A stretch of 63,986 nucleotides of DNA, counting the filler, from Perkinsus olseni (taxonomy: Eukaryota): the NCBI GenBank assembly GCA_013115125.1. It is 4 parts of 4 records of this genome, joined end to end, with 100 filler letters (N's around TTAATTAATTAA, not from the genome) between each part and the next. Parts side by side here need not be neighbours in the genome. Positions count along the whole stretch, not along the records: positions 17,541 to 34,973 come from JABANN010000647.1; positions 35,074 to 52,488 come from JABANN010000648.1; 2 more parts are not named here. One strand, given 5' to 3'. The number at the start of each line of letters is the position of its first letter. The stretch's first letter is position 1. The position numbers and the translations under genes are program-made. This document shows positions 24,301 to 36,096 of this stretch, piece by piece. Under the pieces are notes generated by a model. The model was not told the DNA's origin and made no database searches. It saw only the letters and a program-made list of their open reading frames with translations.

Positions 24301-27271
24301 CTGATGCTCATCGACAGGTAACCCAAATGGAAGGTACACGAAGTTGGTATCTGCACAGCAAGCCCAGGCGGCGGAGCGGAGACAGAGCGATCCCCGTCCG
24401 AGCCTCCTTCGAAAAGAGTAAATCACGGAGGGCTCTTCCCTTGGTTCAGGTTGAAGCTCAGGTCCCATCGTGGTGACCCAGCAGCTGCCGTCAAACGTAC
24501 GTGGGAGGAATCGAGTTCTGTTGCTGATTAGTTCTCTTTGTCAGTCGCTAAACGCAGTGAGGTTGAGAAACCCGAGAAGGCTCGAACTGACAAAGAGATA
24601 GAGCGGGAACGTGTCAAGAAGATCGCCAAACACTATCGAGTAATGCGCGAGAAGCATTGCTAGAAAGATGATTCTATCGTGATGCACTACACTGAGCGCT
24701 GAAGTCACGGGCTGAGTTATCGCTGCTTTTCAGGTCCCCTGGGCTCGGATCTTGCGACTATCTAAGCCTGAGTGGCCCTATTATATACCAGCGCTCTTCG
24801 GGGCAATAGTTTCCGGGTGTGTGATGCCTCTCAATGGCTTTGTATTGTCGCGCGCGTTGAGGGCCTTCTACAACGAAGACATGGAGGAGATGATGGATGG
24901 CGTATCTTTGGCGTCTATCGGGTGCTTGCTCAGCCTATACTCTCCCTACATGAGCCGATGCTGCCAGGTTCGTTATTCTCGCCGCATCTGCTCTTGTCGG
25001 TGGCGTGCTCCAAACTGGCGGCTTCTCCTACATTGGAGAGCATCTCACGAAGCGCATCCGCCGTCTCTGTTTCACTAAATTTCTCGAACAGGTGAGCTGT
25101 TTGACGCCTGCTCCGTAGCGGCAGGAGCCTCAGATCCACCCGTCCTTGTTTTTAGGACATGGCCTTCTTCGATGACCCCAACCACTCCTCTGGGAAACTA
25201 ACGGCTGCCCTCAGCACGTACGCTCTTAAGATGAATTCTATCAGTGGCGTTCAGCTCGGTGAGGGATCGACGTCGAAGCGCCAACATATCTTGACTTTTT
25301 TACAGGTGCGTACTGCCAGTTCGCAGCGTCGCTGATCTCGGGATTGATAATTGCATTCCTGGGCTCCTGGAAATTAACGCTGGTCATGATGGCTGTCCTG
25401 CCCCTGATGGCTGGAGCTGGTGGGGTTGAGAAGCCGACAGGCCACTCATGAGTGTGAACAATGAGCGCCGCGCGCGTTGATGGTCAGGTGCGGTACAGAT
25501 GGCGGCTGGTATTGGAATGGACAAAAGCAAGACATCAGACTCCCTCGCAGCCAACCAGATCGCGTCGGATGCGGTGCAAAACATTCGCACCATCCGGGCG
25601 CTGGTCTCGGAAGAGTGGACTAGGAACGCGTAAGCCGTTCGAAAGCTGCACAAATTGCTGATTCAAGATTCTCTCGCTCTCGCGCTAATCTCAGTGTCCT
25701 CCTGGCAGGTTTGCTAAGCTGCAGATGCACTCCAGTCCGCGGCAGCTGCGGTCCTCGCTCTGGGCCGGATTCTGGTACGGCGTCTCGCAAGGAGTTCTCA
25801 TGTTCTTCAGCATTGCACTCGGCATGTGGTAAGCCGCCCTCCCGAGTCAGCCAGAGCCTCTATGGCCCGGTACCTGCCTAGGTACGGAGCGACTCTGGTC
25901 GATGATGATGGCTTGCAGTTCCATGAGATGATACAGTCCTTGATGGGCGTTTTTCTGGCAGCAATGGCCGCCGGTCAAGCTCTGGCCTTCCTTGGCGATG
26001 TGAAGGAAGCTAAGGCAGCAGCTCATGACGTCTTCGAGCTCCTCGACAGCGAGAGCGCGATCAACCCGCACAGCGACCTTGGCAGGAGAAGCAGCGTTTG
26101 GGGCCCAGGGGTGCAGACTTCTTATTATTCGCGGTGGAGATGTGGTTACTGCCCCTCAGCATACTGCCATACCAGAAGGAATTGACATAACCTTCGAAGA
26201 TGTGAAGTTCGCCTACCCTCAGCGCCCCGAAACAAAAGTGAGTGCCTCTTCGATCCCCCTTGCGGAGTTACTGTCTCGTAGATTCTGAAGGGCCTCACCT
26301 TCAATATTAAAGCGGGCCAGACTGTGGCACTCGTTGGGCCGAGCGGAGGTGGCAAGTCTACCGTTTTTGCCCTTCTACAGAGGTTCTACGACCCAATTGG
26401 AGGGCATGTCAGTCTCAGGCCCCACGACGCGCGGTTATTCTTGTTGTTCTAGATTCTAGTAGAGCCATCTCAAACGAGGTTGGATGATGTTAATGTTGTC
26501 TGGTGGAGGGAGCAGATAGGTTTTGTTGCCCAAGAGCCTGTACTCTTCGACCTCACCTTGGAGGAGAATGTCCAATACGGGTAAATGCTGTATGCTGCAT
26601 GAATGGTCATTCAGCTCGTCACCCCCCTCTTCAGTGCGCCTCCTATCGAGCGACCGGAAATGTTCTCTATCTGTGCTCGTGCCGGTATGAATGACTTCGC
26701 CGGCAATAAGGTGGCTTGGGATGCTGGCTTGGGCCCTCGTGGAGGTCTGCTGTCGGGAGGACAGAAGCAGAGGGTCGCTATAGCCAGAGCACTGATGCGC
26801 CATCCAAGGTAGAGCGTGGCTCGTCGCGCGCCTTGCTTCGCAAGAACAGGGCTGCCAAAAGCGATCCCTCCGGCAATCATCTACAAGTTTTTTTGTGCAC
26901 CCTTCAACTTTTTAATCGCAGGTTGCTACTTCTCGACGAAGCAACTTCCGCGTTGGACTCGGCGTCGGAAGCAGTAGTCCAAAAGGCACTCGACGAGCTT
27001 GCAAATGTCAGGAGCAGTCCTCACGGTGGGCTTCTTCTCTCTCTCCATATGATTGCTCAGAACGTCGAGCATGGGATCGCTTTGCGTGGTTCCTGTAGGC
27101 CCTAAGAGCAAGCCGACAACGCTCATAATAGCCCATCGTCTATCAACTATCACCAATGCTGATTTGATACTGGTCATAGCTGGTGGTCGTCTGGTGGAAC
27201 AAGGCACTCACTCCGAGCTACTAGCGAAGGAAGGCGTTTACTACGACTTATACCAGAAGGGCAGCTCGTGA
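21391..27271 (+). CDS. ABCB1: Full-length ABCB (MDR/P-glycoprotein) transporter, TMD-NBD-TMD-NBD, many short introns; may have extra 5' exons from ~20867
   Basis: NBD1: [46 protein letters not shown]2: [44 protein letters not shown]-terminal [10 protein letters not shown] and TMD2 LSKPEWPY are typical of ABCB1-like proteins. Confidence 0.93.
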
Positions 27272-28437
27272 GAGTATGCATTGTATCCATAGTGGGGCCT
27301 ATCCGCATGTTGCATGAACGGTGCGATTGACTGTCTTAAGTTGGAAGCTAAGTTAGTTTTTTGGTGTGTTACTTCGACCGTGTTGAGTGTAGTCTTTCTA
27401 TTCGGTGAGTGCTGGTGGATAAGACTTGGATAGCACGTTGTAATTGTGCCGGTTTACTGATATTATACAAGGACGTGTGTACGGGAATGATGACCACCTC
27501 ATCGAGAGGGGATGAAGCCTTCTCAAAGAAATGCTAGAGACCTTTCGCTGCATTCATCTTTAGCACCCCATAAAGCTGCTTCAGATGTGCAATTTCCTCA
27601 CGTGCAGCTTCAGCAGTATTTTGTCCTGTTTGAGTGTATTCGCACAATCGCCTTCACCGCGAGCCACGCCGACTCGCGCACTCACGTCTCTCCTTTACGA
27701 ATCGACTAGACCTTGGTTGTGGTGCAACGATCACTCACCATGGGAAGCTCAATTCCATGATTGAGGGAATCAGTTTCGCGTTAAGGACACCGGTTTCGGA
27801 ATCAACGTCAGTCACGTCAGTGTCGCTTCCTGCCGCGGTTTACAACCTGAGAAAACTGCGCGACAATGCACGAATCGCGCAGCACGACATTATCTCAAGG
27901 CATCATGTACATGCAACTCGATGCACCGTCAATCTCTGGGGCTCAGAGTCGGTGGGCTCGTTGGGTGCCGTGTGCGAAGATGTACAGCACACGCGTGCTA
28001 ATCCAGGCGTGACACGGGCCTCACACCCAAGGCCCCTGGGCCAAGGAATCTGTTCCTGCGTGCTAAAGCACGATAAAAGTGCACAAATAATCATTGCCAT
28101 GGACTTCACGGTCTATGTTGAGTCGTAAAACTATAAAAAGGCTTCTGCGAGTCGGAGACTGCGACTCTGAGGGATCTTTGACCCAGAGGTCCTCTGCGCG
28201 GATTACGGCGTCACCGACATCGTAAATCATGACGTCATCAAGGTGACGTCGTCCCCCTACTTGTCTCTCTGCTGCCTCCCAGTTCTATTCCTACATTTTT
28301 CTTGATTCTCACTCATACGGCGCGATAGATACTGATCTCGACGTGCCCTCAAACCTGCGGGTGTATTGGGATCTTCTCTCACTGTTGTTTTTCCCGAAGG
28401 GTTCGTGAGAAGTTTGTAGATTTGAGTGATCCCTTTG

Positions 28438-29226
28438 ACTATACCATTCAGAAGTCTATTTGGCGGATAAGGCCGCCTTTATGGGGGTCGAGGATTTCAC
28501 GTTGGCGGTTTGAGACAGCAAATTGGCGGTGGGGTCGAGACGGGGGTATACAATTGGCGGATAAAGAAGTCATTTTAGCGGCAGGCCGCGAATAAGGAAA
28601 TCAATTCCGCGAATAAGGCACGCAATTTCATGATTAAGGAAATCAATTCCGCCGATAAGGACATCACTTTCGGGGCGGGAGATGGACAGTCCATCATGGA
28701 TTTCAACCACACCGGAAATCTTCCCACTGCGATTCTCAGCCTGACACAACTGCGCGGCAGTGCACGACAGTATCTTGGCGAATCCTGTGCATGCAATTGA
28801 GAGCTTCTTGCGATGCAGATTTAACAATCGTTGAGCAACGGTATCGTAGTGATGTCATCCATGGCATGTGAAAAGCTGAAGTTAGCAGCTAAACCGGTTT
28901 CCCATTGTCGAGTAGGATTGCGCTTCGCTGAGGTCGTGTGGAGTTATATACGCGAAGATTCCAGGTCAGAGTTGATCCCCGAAATTGATGTCCTTATCGG
29001 CGAAATTGATTTCCTTAATCATGAAATTGCGTGCCTTGTTCGCGGAATTGATTTCGCAAGTCGAGGTCTGCCGCTAAAATGACTTCTTTATCCGCCAATT
29101 GTATCCCCTCATCTCGACCCTACCGCCAATTTGCTGATGTCTCAACGGCCCGCCAACGTGAAATCCTCGGCCCCCATATAGGCAACGGCAACCTTATCCG
29201 CCAAATAGACTTCTGAATGGTATAGT
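28438..29226. mobile_element. Non-autonomous foldback/MITE-like element with ~240-bp terminal inverted repeats
   Basis: Left arm 28438-28675 is the imperfect reverse complement of right arm 28977-29226. Termini ACTATACCATTCAGAAGTCTATTTGGCGGATAAGG. About 300-bp spacer and no transposase ORF. Confidence 0.88.
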
Positions 29227-29322
29227 GTCGCCGACTTCGTGCGTGCGAGTTGACCGGCAAAACATGACGCGATCGAGATAAGTTGGTCAGTTGACTACCA
29301 AATTCAGCCTTCTCGTATAGAC

Positions 29323-30192
29323 ATGAAGTTCCTCTCCTTCGTGACACTGAAGTTCCTCTCCTTCGTGACACTCCTGCTTTCTATCTCTGTTGGCAGTGCC
29401 ATTCAAGACGACGACGCCCAGGCTACGGGTAACGGCGGTGGTGACATAGATGATGGTGGACATACTCACACTATTGCCGACTATCCTAGCGGCTGCTACG
29501 ATGGTCCAGGTCCGGCTCAGGGTCACAGCTTTCAATTTTTGGACGAGACAGCTGTCTGCTTCTACATCAGGAAGGGCTTTAACTCCAACGGTCGCTTCCA
29601 AGAAAGCGCCGGCGTTATTTTCTCGACCAACGCACCTGGGCGCGTTGGCGAGAAAGCGAAAGTGCAGCTCAATGTTGAAGATCTGGTTCCCCCATTGCCG
29701 CAAGGGCAAGTCAGGGTCGAGACTTCTGGTTATGCGTTCGTAGGGATCGCTTTCGACCATGGGAATTACACGTGGACCATAGCCCTGGGTACCCGAACTT
29801 ATGTCGGAACAGATGATGGAGTCACTGTCGACATTCCAACATCTACCGAAGGTCAAGTCTCCGGGGGTCAGAGAGGATTCGCCGACTATCCTGATCTAAC
29901 CACCACGGGAAGAGATGGTGTAAAGCCAACCAGGGATGGTATGCGGCTCGTTTCCTCGGCAAAGAGCAGAGACGACTCGCCCATATCATTCGAAGTTCGG
30001 CAGGGAGTGTTCATAGAGAGGAATATAAGCGGAACGGCTGGTTGGCAGTTCCAGGTCTTCCACGATGTGATATATAAAAAAGGCGGCGAGAGCAGGATTT
30101 TTGACGGCAAGCGACTTGGCTGGGGTTACTTGAATGGCGGATGTGAGGAGCATCTTGTCTATTCTGTACCTACTGCTGAGTCTTTATCATAA
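29323..30192 (+). CDS. Intronless secreted protein (289 aa), family B copy 1
   Basis: Signal peptide MKFLSFVTLKFLSFVTLLLSISVGSA. Core IADYPSGCYDGPGP...DETAVCFYI is shared with the 34529 paralog. Confidence 0.8.
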   Translation: MKFLSFVTLKFLSFVTLLLSISVGSAIQDDDAQATGNGGGDIDDGGHTHTIADYPSGCYDGPGPAQGHSFQFLDETAVCFYIRKGFNSNGRFQESAGVIFSTNAPGRVGEKAKVQLNVEDLVPPLPQGQVRVETSGYAFVGIAFDHGNYTWTIALGTRTYVGTDDGVTVDIPTSTEGQVSGGQRGFADYPDLTTTGRDGVKPTRDGMRLVSSAKSRDDSPISFEVRQGVFIERNISGTAGWQFQVFHDVIYKKGGESRIFDGKRLGWGYLNGGCEEHLVYSVPTAESLS

Positions 30193-31348
30193 GTTAGTCG
30201 CTGGTCTCAAAACGGGACCTAATTCTCAACACTGCCTTCATCGATGTCGATTCTCCTTTCGATGTCAATTCTCTCTAGATCTCACTTAGGAGTGTGGTGA
30301 TGTGTCGGACGACGCGATGCACCGGTTTTTGCTCGATATTCATCCTTAATCTACCAGGGTGCTGTGTTCTCGGAGTCTCAATGCGCTAGGGCGGGGATGG
30401 CCGAGCTCTTCCCCTAGCTCTGTCAATAGCGAACTACCAGCCTCTGGTGCTTCAGATTCTAAACCTAATAGGGGAAGAGAGCAAAATCTGACTTGGAGCA
30501 TTGAAAGCTCAAAGGGCAACTTTAAGGGCGCTGCTTGATCAGCCCTCGCCGTAGACGAAGTCAGCACATTGAAATGCCCCAGCAAATAATCGTCAAAAAG
30601 TCAGAAGAACAGGAGGGGATTCACCGTCCTCTATCATGAGCTCAGTCTCGAGCTGGCAGCCGATCACTACGAAAGAGAGAGCTGCGGCTCATCGGGAATT
30701 CCGAATCGGCATCTCAACCTCTCTAGTTGGCTATTCCGGAATCGATATTTAGGACCGATGCGATCCTTATGCGGCCGAAGGTCGGCTCAGTCGCGAGGCC
30801 TACTTAGGCACTGTTTACTGTTTAATAACCAAAGGCTTGGGAATGTTAGATGCAAACGTTGCCATTCTCGTCCTGAGCGGACACTTTCACTTAGTGATGC
30901 AACAGCTATTTCTCTCGTGTTCGTCTGTCACATACAACGAGACGCCGGTACCGGCCTCACACCACTGCGCCGATTTCTTGGGGGCCTCATACACAGATCA
31001 ATATGAAGCGACCGTTCTCTCTCGTTATTGACGCCCAACCAAAATCACTCTCGCACAACGATAGGAAATAATAAAATCCACTTCAGATCCGAGGCGCTGG
31101 TTTACGAAAGACTGTGGGTAAAGGCAACCTCGAGACAGAATGGGCGAGCAGTGTTTGCCCAGCGCTATTTTAGCGTCGTCTCTCCTGCAGCAGATGACCG
31201 ACTGTCGATGAGGTCGATGCACTAAAGGCTTCAAACCTACGTGTGCTATCACCGCATGCGGGACCTCAAGTGAAACAAATAAGAGAAGGGAAAGGCACGA
31301 GAAGGTCTTTGTCCTCTCGTCATTAGGCCATTCAACTTAGCGCTGAGT

Positions 31349-31717
31349 CTAAGGTGCGATGTGTACATAACGTGTCACCTTACCATCCGCATAGGCTAAG
31401 GCGAGGATGTTGGCACCCCCATCAAACAGGATGGTCATGAAGGTTGTTGGGTTTATCTTCTCGGGGTACTTCTCCTGGAGAGTCTTGAGATCATTTTCTT
31501 TCAGAGTAATGTTGACCTTAAACAACTCATAGGTGGAATTACCGGTATACAGGCGGAGATCACTGTCGAGCAGGTCCACCTTCCCCACGCGGAAATTGAA
31601 ATCTTCAATAGGGAAGTCGACCGGGGGCGCGCCTTTATCGCCCTGGTACAGGCCTTGAGGGGCAGCGCTCAGCACTGAGAGGCTCGACGCGACGAGGAGG
31701 AGGCGAAAGGAGATCAT
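31349..31717 (-). CDS. Small secreted protein (122 aa), family A copy 2
   Basis: Signal peptide MISFRLLLVASSLSVLSA. Same length as and shared motifs with 19210-19578. Confidence 0.8.
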   Translation of the reverse strand: MISFRLLLVASSLSVLSAAPQGLYQGDKGAPPVDFPIEDFNFRVGKVDLLDSDLRLYTGNSTYELFKVNITLKENDLKTLQEKYPEKINPTTFMTILFDGGANILALAYADGKVTRYVHIAP

Positions 31718-34528
31718 TGCAACAAAATACTGAAGCCTGAGCAAGATACAGCACGAAGATATCAGGTTCAGGCGAGCTTCTGGGCTGGTTCGGAGTGACT
31801 ATATTATCGCCTGAAGAAATGTACGTCGAGGACTCCTTCACGTGAACACCCCTGTGTACTCACTGGGCGCCTCGCGAACGGAATAGGAGAGCAAAGAATA
31901 CCGTAGGCTATGGTCATCAGCGATGTTACCATACTAAGCTTGTACTGTCCGATTGCTAAGTTAACTCATTATTTATAACGAGATTACGAAGCTCATCTTC
32001 TCCTCATGAACAAACCGCTAGCGTCCAGTGGTTGGGCTATGTACGCGTGCGCTAGCCCACTGGAGAGCAGTCTTCTCGCTCGGTGACAACTTACAAGAAC
32101 AACGCCTCCTGATGTTCCCGTCGGCACGGTCCATGAGGTTCCTATCTTTGCTTGGTGCACTCGGTGAAAAGATGCTGAAGCAGCGCTTCCTCAAGTTCTG
32201 CCCTTGATGCACGCATGTGTTGAGTACCGTTGGGTAATCTCGATCGGAGACTGATCATTACTAGGACTGAATCGGTCGGTAATTCACAGTAATAAGCACA
32301 GCATTAGCCCGCGACCAGGTATTTCAGCTGACCACGGTGGGAAGAAGCTCACCAGGGGCAAAAACTACACAAAGGTCCTCACGCGCATGAACAGCTCGAA
32401 ATCTGTCTCCTGGTGACACGATGGACATATCTAGTTGCTCCTCCAACATTGAGGAGGACTGGACCTTATGCGAGAAGCCTTCTCGGAGGGGGCCCTATTA
32501 TAGGGGCCCCTCTTTTGCACCTTCTCGAAGAAGGTGCAGAAGCCCCCTCGCCACAACGGATTCAGTTGAGGAGAAGAGTTCAAGAATTAGGGGCTGGAAC
32601 AGACCGAATGAACAGACTGCAAAGTCTTGAAGCGGTGAGCCGCTCTCACAGCACAGTTTCCGCTGTCAGAGACTCTCGGTTTCAGAGGTTGTGATTGCAC
32701 GACGCCCCTGTACGAGCATTCTAACACGCGTCGTGCCCACAGTGCCCCTGGGGCAGCGAAGTGAGAGAGTCCCGCCGGTCAGACATAGATCCGCATCCTT
32801 TCGAAGAGCTGCCCGGGGAAGGGATGTCGAATAAATCACCGACGTCGGCAGCTCGTCCAATGAACGGACCGATCAGGACGGCACAAAAGAGACTACAGTA
32901 TGCTGTGCTGGCGTGAAAGCAGTATGTTGCTCCCTCAAGACCATCACGACGACCAGGAGAGTGGTAAAGTACTGCGTAGTGTCATTGTCGCACCCCCTGT
33001 TGTGCAAGGTTCATTCACTTATGATCAGCGATCGCCCCTAAGTCACCAGAGAGCACATGATGGCCGAAAGTTGCTGTACACGCTACATAGGAGTGAACGG
33101 TACAGCGAGCATCCCACTCCACGCAATCCGCAGAGGAAATCTGCGTGCGCTTGATTTTACTGCCCGAACTCTCCATACACGGCCCCATGACATCTTGTGA
33201 TGAAGCCGGGTAAGAAGCATCATGTCGTTGAGATGAAGTTTAAGAGGAGCCCCTTCTAGTTTGTTATCCAAACCTCGATGGAGATGGGCCGCAATAAGCA
33301 GCTTACCAGCTTATTATAAGCTCCGAAGCAGGCTAGGCCAGGTGTTCCGGTTCGAGTTTGAATATCTACTGCGTCTTGTTGTGGAGTTTCCACTCGTAAT
33401 CTCACCCTAATCACAAGTAAGAAAGAGCGTCGATCGAGCTGACTGCGTGGCGAGCATCCTGTCAGCCAAGCGATGAACATACTGTAGACGAAGTCCCGGA
33501 TTCACTCTCGGCCGACTTAAAGTCGGCGACTTTAACTCTTCTTGGCATCAGCAAACCAATCCTGCCGCGGAGGAAACTATATTTTGATCCCAGTTTGTCG
33601 CAGGGGTACCCAGCATTACGGCAGCACGCACCACGCACTCTGACCATAACCAAGTCCGCGACCCTAGCAGTTAATCGAGAAGATCTATCAGGGTTACTGA
33701 CAGTAACTTACTGTAACTCCGATAGATCTCGAGTTAGAACCATCTGAGAGGCTTAAGAGTAGAATCCACGCTGGTCCGCTCAGTGGAGCTCGGATTTCAC
33801 GCCCAAAACAGTTCTTCGCGATGCGTTTTTCGCGAAAACCGCGATATATTGTGTTGCAATAACACTTCGCGTCATAACGCACGCGTGAAACGCAATAACG
33901 CGAAGAACGCAAACGAGATAGCGCGTCCATGGCTTAGCCCACCTTTTCCTTTGTGTTGCCTCCAAAATCACCCGATACACCCGAATGGCACAACAGATGA
34001 ACACCCGAGATCCAGCTTCGGGAGTGGAGGGACAGGCCAAGAATTGAGTATAGCCAAAGTATACCGCCTCTTTGAGGAGTGATGCCATGAGCGGGTTCCG
34101 CTTGATGAAACACTACAATAGCGCTGGAATGGGTTATTGAAGTCTCAAGCTTACAAGATACGAAACTATTCGCAGTCTCTCGTTCATATGACCTGCATGG
34201 GCTATGGTGAGTCAGACAGTGCGCGTGCATCCGCTAACGGGACCTGACCCTCCACGGAGCCCACAAGTTCTCTGCGCTCGGGACAGCATGACGCGATCGA
34301 TTTTTGCATAGCAGAAAGCAAGCCCAACAGCGGAGAATTGGGTGATGCCGGACAATAGGATGGCGATGCCAGCGTGGTCGATTTCTAGTCAGCTGAAAGT
34401 AATCCCACTCGAGAATTGGTGCGTTCCCTGCTTTGACTGGCGTCGCATTGAGTGAAACTTTTGATTGTCAAAAGACTTCGGTTCGGCTCGGGTCGACTAT
34501 CGAGTACGTTCAGGTTCTTTGCTCAAAC

Positions 34529-34924
34529 ATGAAGTCCTTCTCCGTTGTGACAACTCTGCTCCTCATTTCTGGTGCCAGTGCCACTGAAGACGATGGTTTG
34601 TTGACGAGCGATGCTCTTCGCCTCCTCCAAGGCAATAACGAAACTAATGGTGGCGAACTTGCGGCTCCGTTGTTTCGTCGCAGGCGGCCAAGGCGCCCGC
34701 CGCCGACGGAGCCACCGCAGCCCCTGCCAACGGAGCCACCGCAGCCCCTGCCAACGGAGCCACCGCAGCCCCCGCCGACGGAGCCGCCGCTGCCGCCGGG
34801 AATCCGTCCTATCGCTGATTTCCCCCCTGGTTGCTTCGATGGTCCAGGTCCGGTTTTTGGTGAAAATTTCAACCGCTTCGAGGAGACAGCCATCTGCGTC
34901 TACACCATTTCCAGACCTACTTAG
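34529..34924 (+). CDS. Secreted protein family B copy 2 with Pro-rich repeats; truncated near contig end
   Basis: MKSFSVVTTLLLISGASA signal, (P[P/L]PTEPPQ)x~4, and IADFPPGCFDGPGP...EETAICVYTI homologous to the 29323 protein. Confidence 0.75.
   Translation: MKSFSVVTTLLLISGASATEDDGLLTSDALRLLQGNNETNGGELAAPLFRRRRPRRPPPTEPPQPLPTEPPQPLPTEPPQPPPTEPPLPPGIRPIADFPPGCFDGPGPVFGENFNRFEETAICVYTISRPT
34698..34797 (+). repeat. 24-bp coding tandem repeat (PxPTEPPQ units)
   Basis: cc[g/a]acggagccaccgcagccc units repeated about four times. Confidence 0.9.
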
Positions 34925-34973
34925 TAAAACCCCAGACCAAATTAGTAAATCCCCAGAGCAATTTAATGAAGCC

Positions 34974-35073
34974 NNNNNNNNNNNNNNNNNNNNNNNNNNN
35001 NNNNNNNNNNNNNNNNNTTAATTAATTAANNNNNNNNNNNNNNNNNNNNNNNNNNNNNNNNNNNNNNNNNNNN
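34974..35073. other. Artificial contig linker
   Basis: N44-TTAATTAATTAA-N44. Confidence 0.98.
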
Positions 35074-35415
35074 ATCCCGAGATTCCATCATATGAGTCAT
35101 ATATAAGCATAAATGTCATTTGCATATCAAACTGGCACACACAGTAGTACGTATTAAATATATCAAACAACGCATACGTGTATTGAATTGCGCCGTACTT
35201 CAAGTACGGCGTACCAGTACGGTACTTGGGAACCGCTGCGACCGGTAGTACGGTTACGGAACCGTACTCGTACTAGACCGTACTGTCGCCCACCTGTAAC
35301 CCTTATTTTAACAACATATTTCTAATTATCCTATATTCACGCATCTCTTATTCGTTATGATAACATCAATCGAGTTTGATCCGTGGCGTAGAAAACACTG
35401 GTGAAAAACGCCACA

Positions 35416-35511
35416 TTTCAATTCGCGATTTTCCCGGTTTTTCAGTTCGCGATTTTCCCGGTTTTTCAGTTCGCGAATTTCCCGGTTTTTCACTTAACGA
35501 TTTTCCCGGTT
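35416..35511. repeat. 24-bp minisatellite, 4 copies
   Basis: Unit TTTTTCAGTTCGCGATTTTCCCGG with minor variants. Confidence 0.9.
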
Positions 35512-36096
35512 TTTTTCACTTTGCCAAGAACGCCAAATACAGTACCAAACAGTTATTGCAGAGCGCATTCTCTCACCTGACGACTATCAACTACCGACCG
35601 TACTTGGGTGTGCAGTTGTCCAGCCGGATCCAGAACAGGTACGAAAACGAATAGAACCCCAGTCGAGAGCCCGCAATCCAAGAATCTTGCAAAAAAAACT
35701 CAGCGCGAACAACCGCCAAAAAAGGCAAAAAGGACACCCGTGAGGATCGAACCTGGAACCTCGTCTTTCATGGAATTCCGTAAACGAAGGCCCCGCCCTT
35801 CGTCGCAAGGGAACCACTCCCTTCTTAACTCACCCATAAACTCAGCTCCCTGCTGGGACGAAATTTTTCCGGAAAAATGTATAATCCTAGCCTGGAGAAG
35901 GAAATTTCAGTAGCAGAAAAGTTTCGCACAAAAAAAATTCTTGTAAATTCTCGAAAAAAACCGTTCCCGTCTTAGCATGAACAACTCGAACAAAAATCCT
36001 TCGCACTGCAGTATCACCGAAACGACATAAATGTACAAACATATCCAAATCGATCACGCGATCGATTCCGATTTTACAAGCTATACACTGCAGTCA

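Noticed and set aside
21391-27271. Fragmented ABC ORFs as a pseudogene or recoded stop codons
   Set aside because: Breaks checked coincide with short GT/GC-AG introns and splice in frame.
28570-29082. Similar ORFs on opposite strands (IDFLNHEIACL..GIDF)
   Set aside because: By-product of the inverted repeat arms; no protein-like context.
32421-33250. Low-complexity ORF pieces as a gene
   Set aside because: Interrupted by stops, no homology recognised; insufficient support.
35416-35511. 24-bp repeats as a CRISPR array
   Set aside because: Head-to-tail with no spacers, no cas genes, eukaryotic context.
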